Of a stretch of DNA of 64,000 bases, positions 36,515 through 47,218 are shown in pieces (within the stretch, counting starts at the first letter, position 1; each line of letters starts with the position of its first letter). This DNA comes from Eukaryota sp. TZLM1-RC (Eukaryota; Protista; Metamonada: BaSk clade). The stretch covers positions 4,803,784 through 4,867,783 of the forward strand of contig JAUPSS010000004.1 of NCBI GenBank assembly GCA_040285825.1. Direction: 5' to 3'. Made by a program: the position numbers and the translations under genes. Under the pieces are notes generated by a model. That model ran no database searches, had not been told where the DNA came from, and was given only the letters and a program-made list of their open reading frames with translations.

Positions 36515-36870
36515 CATTGATAATGGAAATATCATCCATGTAAGCGACGATATGCAATTCAGGGAATTTTTTTTGGATCATTTCAATAAAATTATGAATA
36601 TCCAAACAAAAAAGTAAGGGTCCAAGACAGTCACCTTGTTTCATACCAGAGGAAGCTTCAAGGGTAAAGGTGTCAAAAATTAAGTCCGACTTTTTACCAT
36701 AAAATAAATACAAATAAGCAGAAAGTTCAGGAATTTCTTGAAGAAGCACATCATAAATACGATTACGCTTTACGGCATTGAAAGCATTTTTGAAATCTAA
36801 ATTAAAAGTATATTTGTGTTTTTTTGACTATTGAAAAAAACATTTGAAGCCATTGACGGATCTGTTTGAC
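36515..36870 (-). mobile_element. Reverse transcriptase fragment of a CRE-like retroelement
   Basis: LDFKNAFNAV, SSGMKQGDCLGPLLF, AYMDD. Confidence 0.85.
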
Positions 36871-38517
36871 TGTATACTCATGTTGTTTTTGATGAGTTTC
36901 TACAATAAAATATATTTATTCCCATACTTATCGTTTCACTGATTGAAGCATGGTACATATAGAAATAAACATGTAAAATCTTAAAGTAAAAAGTAAAATA
37001 TTACTAGTATTATAATATTTTATTACTTTATTCTTGAGCAAAAACCTGGTTTCAAATACTCATAGTGAGCAATAGAGAACACTGAAAGTGTAAAAGACAT
37101 CGTGGTGGATTGATAGGCCTTCCGAAATTCAATAATAGTTCAATAAATTTACTTAACAAGAAGCATATTGATAAGCAAAACAGCTTTCGTTCATGTTTCA
37201 TTTCTGACGTGTTGAAAACACTAGATGAGGTGATGTGACAATGTGAATGTGCTGTAACACCAAACAGGTCACAGAACTCTTCATCAAGAGTATAGTGATG
37301 ACAATAGCACCACACAGCCAGCTAACACAGCATGTCAAATTGATGCACAAAAACACAAGTACCACAAGCAAGCAGTCAACATTGAAGTTCAAAAAAGGTC
37401 GCCAATGCACCACACGCTTCTATGGAGCCGACATCTCAAGGCTGCGATCTTGAACATGTCTGAATTGTAAGTTTTGAGTGTTCCTTGATACAGGCCTCCT
37501 CCATACCCCACAACCAACGTTGAGGTCCAACTACCATTCGACAGTGTACCACAGCGACTCAGTCACATCTAAGACAACCCGTCGTCGATGACAGAGATCC
37601 ACAGATGACAGTGCAATGCAGAGGCTTCCCCTACCGAGGCAGATCCATTACAGATCGGCACTTCCGTAGGTATGCGAAATTGAAGAATTTGAGACATGGA
37701 AAATTCAACATGTTAGCGTGGAAAAAATTTCACTTCTAAGAAACTTATACTGATTATACTTATACTTATATACTTATACTTATACTGATTGACTATATAT
37801 AAACCGCCCAATCCTGTGCTTCAATCATTAGTTACTATTGATGCTGTGGTTTTGGAGTTTGGTATTGGAATTCTGTGCGTTAAACGATCAGCTTTTGTGT
37901 GACAATCAACTTGCTTTGATTATTTAAGCATGCACATTGCAGTTGATTATATACAATTTTCAATCGTTTCGTTCAGTTCTTATACTCTATATTATTCTGA
38001 ATTGACCATTGATCAGTCATTGCCATTTATCCATAAGTTAATAACAAATTTAAAGCAGTGCATTACAGAAACAACTATGGTGATGTTTTAGGAGTGCCGA
38101 TGGACAAGATTCAGTAAGTACATCACCTTTAGTTGTCGGCTATTGGCTATTAGTGCAATTCATGATTACTATATAGCTATATTATATGGACTACAACACT
38201 ATTTGATTATACTTAAAATTTCAAAGATGCTACAGGCACGGTTAATCTCAAAAGGCGATTACTTCTTGTTTCGAACAAAACTACAATGATGAGGAGGCAA
38301 CTGAAATATAGAGACAAGTAGGCCTAATGACTGAGGTTTTAGTGACAACTGCTTCCTAGTTGAGCATTATACTTTGAAATTTAAATTATTTATTTGTGAA
38401 TTACTTACATCACTGCAACATCCAATGGCGATGTACCAAAAACTGAATACCCAATTCCATCAACATTAAAACACAAAAAAACCACCAAAAACTTTCGACC
38501 TTTATAAAAACACAAAT

Positions 38518-40203
38518 TTACAAATTTCCACTACGTTTTCGCAACCAACTCAGCAAGGTACTGGAACCACCCATTCGGATAGAAGGTCTTATTGATTTTA
38601 AGGGATTTCCATTAACCAATAGGGTCTTTAAAGCAGTGGCCTGGCCAAATTCATCAGATAAAGAACCTATATTGTTGTTTTCTATATTCAAAAAGTCTAA
38701 ATTGGTAAGAAAAGAACTCACCTTGGAGTGATCAAAATTTTGTAGCTTGTTGTTGGCCAAATCAAGATAAGTCAATCGAGATGACGTGATTAAAGGTACA
38801 TTTTGATCTTCCAGATTCAAAAACGCCAAGTGAAGTTCCTTGAGGGGCGCACTGACAGTAGAAACTGTAGAGAACAAAGGTCCTAGTTTAGAATTATTGC
38901 TCAACTTTAAAACTTCAAGAGTTTTAGATTCAAGCAAAGAAAAGGGTAAATTTTCGAGGCAATTGAACGAGAGGTCAACAGAGATCAAATTTGGGAAAAC
39001 GTGGAATCCATCAAAAATTTGAGAAATTCCTGACTTATTTAAGTTTAAAATTCTGAGACCCTGACAAGAGATAATGGGATCAAAAGAGATCAATTTTCCA
39101 AAAGAATTCCCACTCAAATTTAATTCAATCAAATTTTCACAATCAAACAATTCATTAGGCAACTCATCAAGTCCTTTATTGGAAAAGTCAACTGAATTCT
39201 GGTGACTAGAGACCAAAAGTGAGCTATTAGTGATCTCTTCTTTTTGTGGTAAAAATTTACATAAAGTTTTTAAAATTTCCCTAGAATTTTGGGTCAAAAA
39301 CTTTCTATTAGTCAATGGATTTCCAGAAACTTCAAATGAATTCAAGTCAGTAATTGATGCAATTAAAGGATTAAGATTTCTAATATTATTGTTACCAATA
39401 TTGAGTGATCTCAACTGGGTTAGATTGACAATTTCATCAGGAATTTCAGCTAACCTATTCTGAAATAATGTCAAAGTCTTTAAGTTGGAGCAAGTTGAAA
39501 GAATATTTGAAATATTTGAAATTCTATTATTATTCAAATGCAACTCAACGACAGAAACAGGAAGAGTTTCAACTAAAGTCAAACAATTTTGGTTGAGATT
39601 CAAAATTTTGAGTTTAGACATTTGGTCCAAATTTTCAACATTTTCGAGTTGATTTCCTTCCAAAACAAGTTCTTCTAATTCATTAGGGTTTTCAACATTA
39701 AATTTTCTCAACATATTTTTGCTTAAATTGAGCTTTCGTACCTTGGGTAAGTTAAGAGAAAGGTTCTCAATCCTATTTCCTTCTAGGTTCAAGACAGTGA
39801 GATTAGGAAAGCAGGCATCAACCTTGAAAACAGTTATTGAGTTATGAGAAAGGTCCAGAAATCTAACAAAGTCAATACAAGTTTGGAGGAAGTCAATGTT
39901 GGTTAAACAATTTTGACCAAGGTTAATGACCTCCATTTGGCTAGGGAGGGACAATGCTGTAATATTATTGTTGGATAGGATGATTTCAATCAAGGAATCA
40001 AAGGCTGAAAGATCGGGAATTGACTCAAATTCATTGTTTCTAGCCTTGATAGCCTTGAGAGGTTCGACCTCCCACCATTTGACGACATCAGATTGAGGTG
40101 AAAGTAAATCCTCAGGAAATAAAGAGAGGCCTTTGTTGTCAAGGTCTAGAACACCTGTTTGAAGCACACGTTCAATCACTTTACGTGTAGAAAGAGTTTG
40201 CAT
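38518..40203 (-). CDS. Leucine-rich repeat protein, LRRC40-like
   Basis: About 20 LRRs. TGVLDLDNKGLSLFPE..KWWEVEPL and GNPLKSIRPSIRMGGSSTLLSWLRKR resemble the LRRC40 termini. Confidence 0.75.
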   Translation of the reverse strand: MQTLSTRKVIERVLQTGVLDLDNKGLSLFPEDLLSPQSDVVKWWEVEPLKAIKARNNEFESIPDLSAFDSLIEIILSNNNITALSLPSQMEVINLGQNCLTNIDFLQTCIDFVRFLDLSHNSITVFKVDACFPNLTVLNLEGNRIENLSLNLPKVRKLNLSKNMLRKFNVENPNELEELVLEGNQLENVENLDQMSKLKILNLNQNCLTLVETLPVSVVELHLNNNRISNISNILSTCSNLKTLTLFQNRLAEIPDEIVNLTQLRSLNIGNNNIRNLNPLIASITDLNSFEVSGNPLTNRKFLTQNSREILKTLCKFLPQKEEITNSSLLVSSHQNSVDFSNKGLDELPNELFDCENLIELNLSGNSFGKLISFDPIISCQGLRILNLNKSGISQIFDGFHVFPNLISVDLSFNCLENLPFSLLESKTLEVLKLSNNSKLGPLFSTVSTVSAPLKELHLAFLNLEDQNVPLITSSRLTYLDLANNKLQNFDHSKVSSFLTNLDFLNIENNNIGSLSDEFGQATALKTLLVNGNPLKSIRPSIRMGGSSTLLSWLRKRSGNL

Positions 40204-40220
40204 GATGAAAAGTCCAAATA

Positions 40221-40731
40221 CTGTGAATTACTATCAAAACGCACTTCTGGCTTTTGACCAATTCATGCAATCTTGATAGACGTTAAGCTTACTTTAGTTT
40301 TATCACTATATGGTATCACGATCAAATGATAGTTAAAGCAGCAACATCACAATACGCGTACAGGTACGCAATACATGGAAAAACACTTATCTACGGGGTC
40401 TCCCTAACGCCTCAGGTCTTTCATTGTAGTAGTGCTCACTTATTCCAATCTCCAGTTGGTTTCTGGAAGCTGAGATGTCCCTCGACCAGAGTGTCTGACA
40501 TTGAGGGCCTACAAACTTATCATTGTTCACCCTCCCATCATCGTGATACAACTTTTGATTGAATACCTTACAGCAATTCGTTTTGGCAGATGTGTAGAAT
40601 TCATCTCCATTAGGCTTCACATATGTAAAATGTTTCTGAATCTCCTTCAAAAAGCGCTTCCTTGGGGTTTTCACAGCTTGTCTTGATGGCCCATCACCAC
40701 CACTACCAAACCAAATTATGGTTTCTCTTCC
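40221..40731 (-). mobile_element. 5'-truncated Fanzor1 copy F2 flanked by a 12-bp TSD
   Basis: Near-identical to 32419-32929. Direct repeat AAAGTCCAAATA at 40209-40220 and 40732-40743. Confidence 0.92.
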
Positions 40732-40825
40732 AAAGTCCAAATAGAATCGAAAATGATATACGTGTGTTGAACTTTCGACTTCACCTCTCCAAACTTACAA
40801 AACTTTAACAATATCTTTTATTACC

Positions 40826-41450
40826 TATCTGTTGGGACATGTAGAACGATTGTGCCCTTCCTGAAAACATATACCACATCTTGGCCTTCTTCTAGCCCTC
40901 TTAGCACCCACAATGTCAGACGATTGTACAAGTTGAGGTTCTTTCAACTGTTGAAAAACTGTTGTTCTCTTCAGTTGTTCACAGGTTGTACCATCGTTTG
41001 CTTCAATTTTTTAATAATGAAATGACTCACCCTTTTCTTGATTTTGATAAATAGAGGATTAGATAAAAGTTCGCAATCGACTGAACTTGTTTCGATACTG
41101 ATAGTTTTTTTGATTTCATCATATTGGTCCAGTAAAACATCTTTGAAATGAGTTAGAGCAATTAGAAAGTTGGAACCAACCTTTGCACACGTACATCATC
41201 ACCCAAACAGAATCAATGCAATTGTTGTTGTTTTCGCATAGCTTCAATAACCATTAAAATTTGACTGAGTAGTCCCAATAGGGTTCTCAATTAGCGTTTG
41301 TGACACTACTTACTGTGAAGGATGTATCTGAGAAGTTGATATATTATTCAAAATTAATCCAATGCTTTTTCCACAAACGCTGAGTAACATTCAATTCAGC
41401 ACAGAACTATTATCAATCATGAACCCATAATATTGTTGAAGTGCTGGGGA
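40826..41450 (-). mobile_element. Degenerate transposase remnant ending in a CCHC knuckle (MULE-like)
   Basis: Minus-strand RRRPRCGICFQEGHNRSTCPNR* at about 40826-40900; upstream frames are broken. Confidence 0.4.
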
Positions 41451-41669
41451 ATATTAAACAAGGGAACTGTGTTGAAATACCAAAATATCATTTACTTGAA
41501 TCCTGAAAAAGATAATTGTTTCATAGAAATAATTAGAAAAACAAGAACTTAACCAAAGTTTAATACTTGATTAAAAAAAGAATTAAATAATTAATTAAAT
41601 AAATAAAAACACCAGAATCTATACACATTAACTTATATAATACATCAAATAAAATACAAAATCCTAACC

Positions 41670-43016
41670 CTAACTAACCCTTTTTTTAGATCTAATACTA
41701 CCAACTTTTATCCTGACAGGTTCCTGAAACATTGGAGTTACATTATATTGCTCAGAAGTATTTGTTGTTTCAGATAAGAACTTTGCAAACTTGGGTTTAG
41801 GTGAACATTGGTTTGGATCGGCATAATTCGTGCCACCGACATAAAACTCCTCAATCCAAGGTGCAAGTTTAGATAAACTTACCACAGATGCTGAAATGGA
41901 AACTCTAATTATCCGCTTATCTTGGATATTTTTCGTATAATTGAGACTTAAGACTTGGCGACATATTTTGACGACCATAGACCTAATCAATTCTAATCGT
42001 TGGCATTCACCTGCCAAATTTTTAATATTTTCTATTGAACGTTCATTATCAACCAAAATCGAGGAGAAACTCGAATATTTCGATGGTGCATTGATTTCAG
42101 TCCACAAATTTTTAAGCCGAACTAAAAGAGCCCCAAACGCAACACATCGATCTTGATAAGTAACATTATTGTCATCAGAATTCAATACTTTGATTGCAGA
42201 CTCTGGCAGACTTCTGATCTTTTCTGACCTAATCACACCGTTGCTGACGTGGTCAAAAACGTGATCAAATGTAACCACTGATTTCTTTTTTGATTCCTCA
42301 ATTCTGTCAGACAAGACCTTTAGCTCTACTGCATTCATTTCAGGTAATCTGGTTTTTTTGATGACGTTTTGACACGTGTCGCTGACTGCAAAATGATTGT
42401 AAGGGTCAAAAAGGGAGTCATATTTCTGAGCTGGTAACACGCCAAATCTAGAATTCCATGGAGGTCTTCTAAGTTGTTGACCTTTTCTATTTTTAGTAAC
42501 AGTCGAATTCCCCCCTCCAGGCTTAGATAACAGGGACCTACTTGATTTCACAGTGCTTGGTGTTAAAGATTGAAACAAAAACTTCCTCTTATTTAACCTT
42601 GAAGGTATCTTTTCATACCTACTTAGTAAATGAGGTCGCCTTCCCCTGCTTGTGAGCTGAGAACCATCGATAAAATCATCGTCTGAATCATTGCCCAACC
42701 AAGAAGGTTGGTAAGGGGAATCATCTTGAGGGGATTGTGGTGAGGGTTGGACTGTGGAAGCAATGGAGAGGCGACTGGGGATGTGAGAGGGTACAGGGGA
42801 TATAGTAGGGGACTCTGGGAAGGAATTGGATGAGCGTGCTCTAAAGTCGTTGGTTTCCACAGAAACTGTTTCAGAAAGATGATTTTCAGTAACATCTTCA
42901 AACTCATCACTGGAATAGTGTCGAGATAGAGCAGATGTGGAAGGAATAGAAGGGTCATTTTCAAACTCGTCTTCTAAGTAAGAAGCCTCAACCTCTGTAG
43001 GTTCGATATCATACAT
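41670..43016 (-). CDS. Hypothetical protein (Ser/Pro-rich N-terminus, helical C-terminus)
   Basis: Long intact ORF; first ATG at 43016. Confidence 0.6.
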   Translation of the reverse strand: MYDIEPTEVEASYLEDEFENDPSIPSTSALSRHYSSDEFEDVTENHLSETVSVETNDFRARSSNSFPESPTISPVPSHIPSRLSIASTVQPSPQSPQDDSPYQPSWLGNDSDDDFIDGSQLTSRGRRPHLLSRYEKIPSRLNKRKFLFQSLTPSTVKSSRSLLSKPGGGNSTVTKNRKGQQLRRPPWNSRFGVLPAQKYDSLFDPYNHFAVSDTCQNVIKKTRLPEMNAVELKVLSDRIEESKKKSVVTFDHVFDHVSNGVIRSEKIRSLPESAIKVLNSDDNNVTYQDRCVAFGALLVRLKNLWTEINAPSKYSSFSSILVDNERSIENIKNLAGECQRLELIRSMVVKICRQVLSLNYTKNIQDKRIIRVSISASVVSLSKLAPWIEEFYVGGTNYADPNQCSPKPKFAKFLSETTNTSEQYNVTPMFQEPVRIKVGSIRSKKRVS

Positions 43017-43812
43017 AACAGAGAGTACGAAGGGAGCACGTGCCTTCGGAGAGAAGTCGTTCGAGATCGAATTGTAAAGGACCAAACCTGCTGTTTTGAA
43101 GGAGAATTTGTTTGGGGAAAGTATCCAAATCCAAAAAATGAAAGAGACCAAATTTGTGTAGTAAGGGACAAATCTCATCAAATAGAAACATTTTTGGACC
43201 TATTGTTATCAACTTTAATACTCAAAGACCCTAACATTGGTAGTACTCGTTAAAACGCCATTCAATTCTTCTTTTTTATTCTTATTGACTTTTCCACATA
43301 GTAGACACTGATAAATTCTACAATTTTTTGTTCTACAGTAGGAGAAAGGAAAAGCTAAGGTAATCATCACAACTGCTGATGTTTAGGGATTTGACGCAGA
43401 TGTTACTTTCGAAAACACTGGTTCAAGGGACAATACGTAAATCAATTTCGATAATTCCTTTTAGTTCAAGTTCCTTCAATAACATTCTTCTCGTGAACTC
43501 GTGAAGTTGTACGTCAGGAGCAGCAAAATGAATAATTGTTTATGAACACCATCCAGAATGATAGGGATCGCAAGAGCAGAAGTGAAGTGTAAGACCAGTG
43601 CGTATTCATCAGAAAAATTGACACAATCGTTCCAATCAATAATTGAAACCGTAATTCAGGTTTGAAGAACTCTCAGTATATTTATCTAAATTGTGGGGAA
43701 AACGTGGACTGATAATTTCTCCATAAATTGAGTTGTTTATTCTATCTATCAATATTAACAAAAATGAAAGCGGGGATTTATAGAGAAATTTAATAGACAA
43801 ATAACTGATCAT

Positions 43813-44268
43813 TCACAAATATTTTGTCATTTGAACTCCTGAATCCTTCATTGAACATTTTTCATAAAAACCAACATTCTCCTTCTTGCAATCCAACATT
43901 ACCTTGTAAGCTCCCAGACTCTTGGCTAGAGCAACCAAATGCTTAATCAGCTTAAGGCCTAGTCGACCACCCCGATAGTCCTTACTCACAACGACATCCT
44001 CAATGTGCCCGGTTTGTCCACATGATCTTATAAAATGTTGAATGATATGTAAACTGGCTGTGGCTACTACTTTGTTTGAGCCAACGTCCTCAAATACATA
44101 AACATGACTAGTATTAGGAAGCGAATTGAAAGTTGAAGTGAACTTTTCATTTGAGATATCACCCACTGTTGTCAGCTGTCCAAGGAGTTCGAGAAAACCC
44201 CTGTCAAAATCCTCAGCTTGGAGACGACGGAGCTTAAGAGTATCCGTGTCGAAGCAGGTATTGCTCAT
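43813..44268 (-). CDS. GNA1: Glucosamine-6-phosphate N-acetyltransferase
   Basis: DFDRGFLELLGQLTTVG, GHIEDVVV..YRGGRLG, YKVMLDC..NVGFYEKC. Confidence 0.95.
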   Translation of the reverse strand: MSNTCFDTDTLKLRRLQAEDFDRGFLELLGQLTTVGDISNEKFTSTFNSLPNTSHVYVFEDVGSNKVVATASLHIIQHFIRSCGQTGHIEDVVVSKDYRGGRLGLKLIKHLVALAKSLGAYKVMLDCKKENVGFYEKCSMKDSGVQMTKYL

Positions 44269-44817
44269 GGAGAAAAGCAGTTCAGTTGAGATGAGACGAA
44301 TTCAAACTGTAATGTTCGCAGGTTTCAGTGAGCGGTTGTGCATGTGTATATTGAATAGGCAGTTCAATAACAATTCAATCTGGATATTCAAAAAGTGTCT
44401 CATCAGTTCCTTCATTTTAAAATATATTTATCAAACAGCTCATAAATCAACATAAAAATACAATCTTTCTGCAACTTATGTAACTTACGTCTGATACGTA
44501 GTTATCATCACCTTACGGTGATGATAGAGAGGTTCCATAAAAGCGGAATTGTTGTAGTGATGGGGAAGATGAATTTAACTATGGAGAAGATGAAAATCAA
44601 ATTGCAGAGTTGTTGATGATGGAGGATTCAGGAGAGCCATTCTTGGTGACTCCTAAATTCACCTCGAATTTGGTGGATTAGGACACACAGATTCAGTTGA
44701 TTTGTAATAGTAAGAGAATATTGATTCAAGAGATGTAAAGGCAACACTGCAAACAAAATAGATACAACAATCACCACAAAAAGTTTATACGAATCAATTT
44801 ACATATTTACAATCATA

Positions 44818-46751
44818 TCAACTATTGACTTCACTAATTTTCAACACATCATACTTTCCTTCCGATATTCTACCATCCAATTCTAAGCAGATTTTGTTCA
44901 CCTGTCGTCTATATTTCTCAACTTCCGTCCAATTGAACATTCTATTGAGAGCAGAATATTGCTTTGCGGACTGTAATAAAGTGACATTAAACATTAAACC
45001 AACTTGGATACGAATTTCATAATCTCCATTAGGATACTTACGAACAGCAAGATTCTTGATTGCTGGTCCAGGAGAAGAACTTGAAGGATCAGCACCTACT
45101 AAAAAGTATTTAGTTACGCCATTTTCAACCAAATCATTAACTTCACCATTGACTAAACCAAGCGAGAGTAACTCTTCAGCACATTTTCGGTGGGCAGCAA
45201 GATGAAGATCCTCTTCCGTGCAACCAGGCAGGCAATTTCGAAATACTTCCCAAGCAACGCTATTGACCAAAAGGAAAATTCTTGTATGATCAACATTGTT
45301 GAAACCACCAAGACCATCAATTCCTACCTCCTCATACGAAGGAGAACTATCAGCATCAGAGGATCCAAACAGCTCAGTCCACTTGATATGTTCATCTATA
45401 TCTTCTTGTGACACGGAAGGTTTAATTTTGGAAATTGACTTTAAGAAATGGTTGTAAGTGACCTTGGAAACACCAAGCTTATCAGATGGAATGTCCATCA
45501 TATTCATTTCTTGCGCTCCATTTTCTACGGGTGAACAGGGAAACCACAAATCATCAACCATTTCGTCAGGGTTATTTGGGTCAGGACCTCTCATTTGCTT
45601 AAAGTGAGTAGCACTTTGAACAATTCTGACCGGTTGATAAAGAGCATCACGAACTAAGATATTAATATCAGCTCCAGAAAATCCTTCAGTCTTTTCCCCT
45701 AAGTGAGTAAAGTGTTCTTGTTTTAGTTCATGCGGTGTATCTCCGATATGAAGGCCAAACATTGTGGCTCTAGCGGAAGCTTCAGGTAACGGAATGTAGA
45801 CACGCTTCTCAAAACGACGACGGACAGCAGAGTCGAGATTCCAAGGGATGTTGGTAGCACCGAGGATTAGAATTCCATCGGAAACGTTGCCTACACCCTG
45901 CATCTGAACGAGGAATTCGGTCTTGATACGTCTCGAAGCTTCCGATTCATTGTCAGAACGGGCACTACACAGAGAGTCAATTTCATCAATAAAGATGATA
46001 GATGGCTTGTTCTCGCGAGCTAGAGTAAAGAGCTGTTTGATCAGACGCTCAGATTCACCTTGCCACTTACTGACCAAGTCAGAAGAAGATATAGAGAAGA
46101 AGGTAGAATCTACTTCTGTAGCAACAGCTTTCGCTAGATAGGATTTACCTATAATTAGAGTAAAACAACGACAAACCTGTTCCAGGAGGACCATACAGCA
46201 AAATTCCCTTCCAAGGGGTGCGTTTACCAACGAAAAGATGAGGGAACCTCATGGGCATGATGACAGCTTCCTTTAGGGCTTCCTTAGCAAGTTCCAAACC
46301 AGCAACATCATCCCACTTGACATTGGGTTTCTCTCTGACAATAGCACCATCTAGGGCCCCTTTGAGTTTGGCAGTATCAGGGTCCTCATCTTCCTCGTCA
46401 TCGCCATTGTCAGGTTTTGAAGAGTTCTTGTTGCTACTGTTGCCAGATTTTGCTTTCTTGGTAGGACCACCGTCAGCCACTGGTTGTCTCTGAGCTCCTT
46501 TCAATTGTTCAGCTCTATCCATAAATTGGGATATTTTATCACGTAGCATAACTTTGAACTGGTCGCTCTTCTCAACTGAGGTAAGAACCCAGTAGTAGAT
46601 TCACACATTTAAGAGAGGAAAAAAGATAGTCAATAGCCTTCATATACTCTGCATGAGCAGCGGGATAGTTTTGGTCATGATCAAGTTTGATGGCATTCTG
46701 AGCTATTTGTAAGCCCTGTTCACGGAACTTGGCTGCTCCACTAAGTGACAT
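44818..46751 (-). CDS. VPS4: VPS4 AAA+ ATPase (MIT-AAA-Vps4_C) with a ~180-aa prolidase-like C-terminal extension; introns at 46576-46606 and 46149-46176
   Basis: MIT domain, [21 protein letters not shown] (across the intron), [29 protein letters not shown]; the frame continues to 44818. Confidence 0.95.
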
Positions 46752-47218
46752 TAGAAGATGGTTGCTGAGGGGTTGAGTTTTCTTTGCACTTTTTTTATCG
46801 AATTTAGTTTATTGTTTATATCGAAAAATGATCGCGTTAAAGTACCATACTGGTTTCTTCTAAAAGTTAGGGGTCTACTGTTCTAAAGCTGCCCTGACTT
46901 CATGCTCCCACTAGTTTCTTGATTCATAAATGTGTCTTGACCAAACCATTCTACAATTTAAACGTAGCAAGTCACTTTATAAATTATCCTTTCTCCATGC
47001 TCTATTGTACGTGAGCTAACACTTAGCTATGACCCTAGACTATGAGAGGTCCAAGATCTGTTTTTTCAATTATTATTAGTTATTGTTATTTACCAACAAT
47101 TTAAGTTTGAGATGTAAGTAAACTATGTTCTTTCAGTAGGTCTTTATCGATGATTTCTTACTATTTGGTTTATGTTTTGACTCACCTTTACCCCCTATGA
47201 TCTTTCTATTTATTATGG

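Noticed and set aside
36880-38480. Possible gene remnants and a (TTATAC)n tract at about 37744-37795
   Set aside because: Frames are broken and no family could be recognised.
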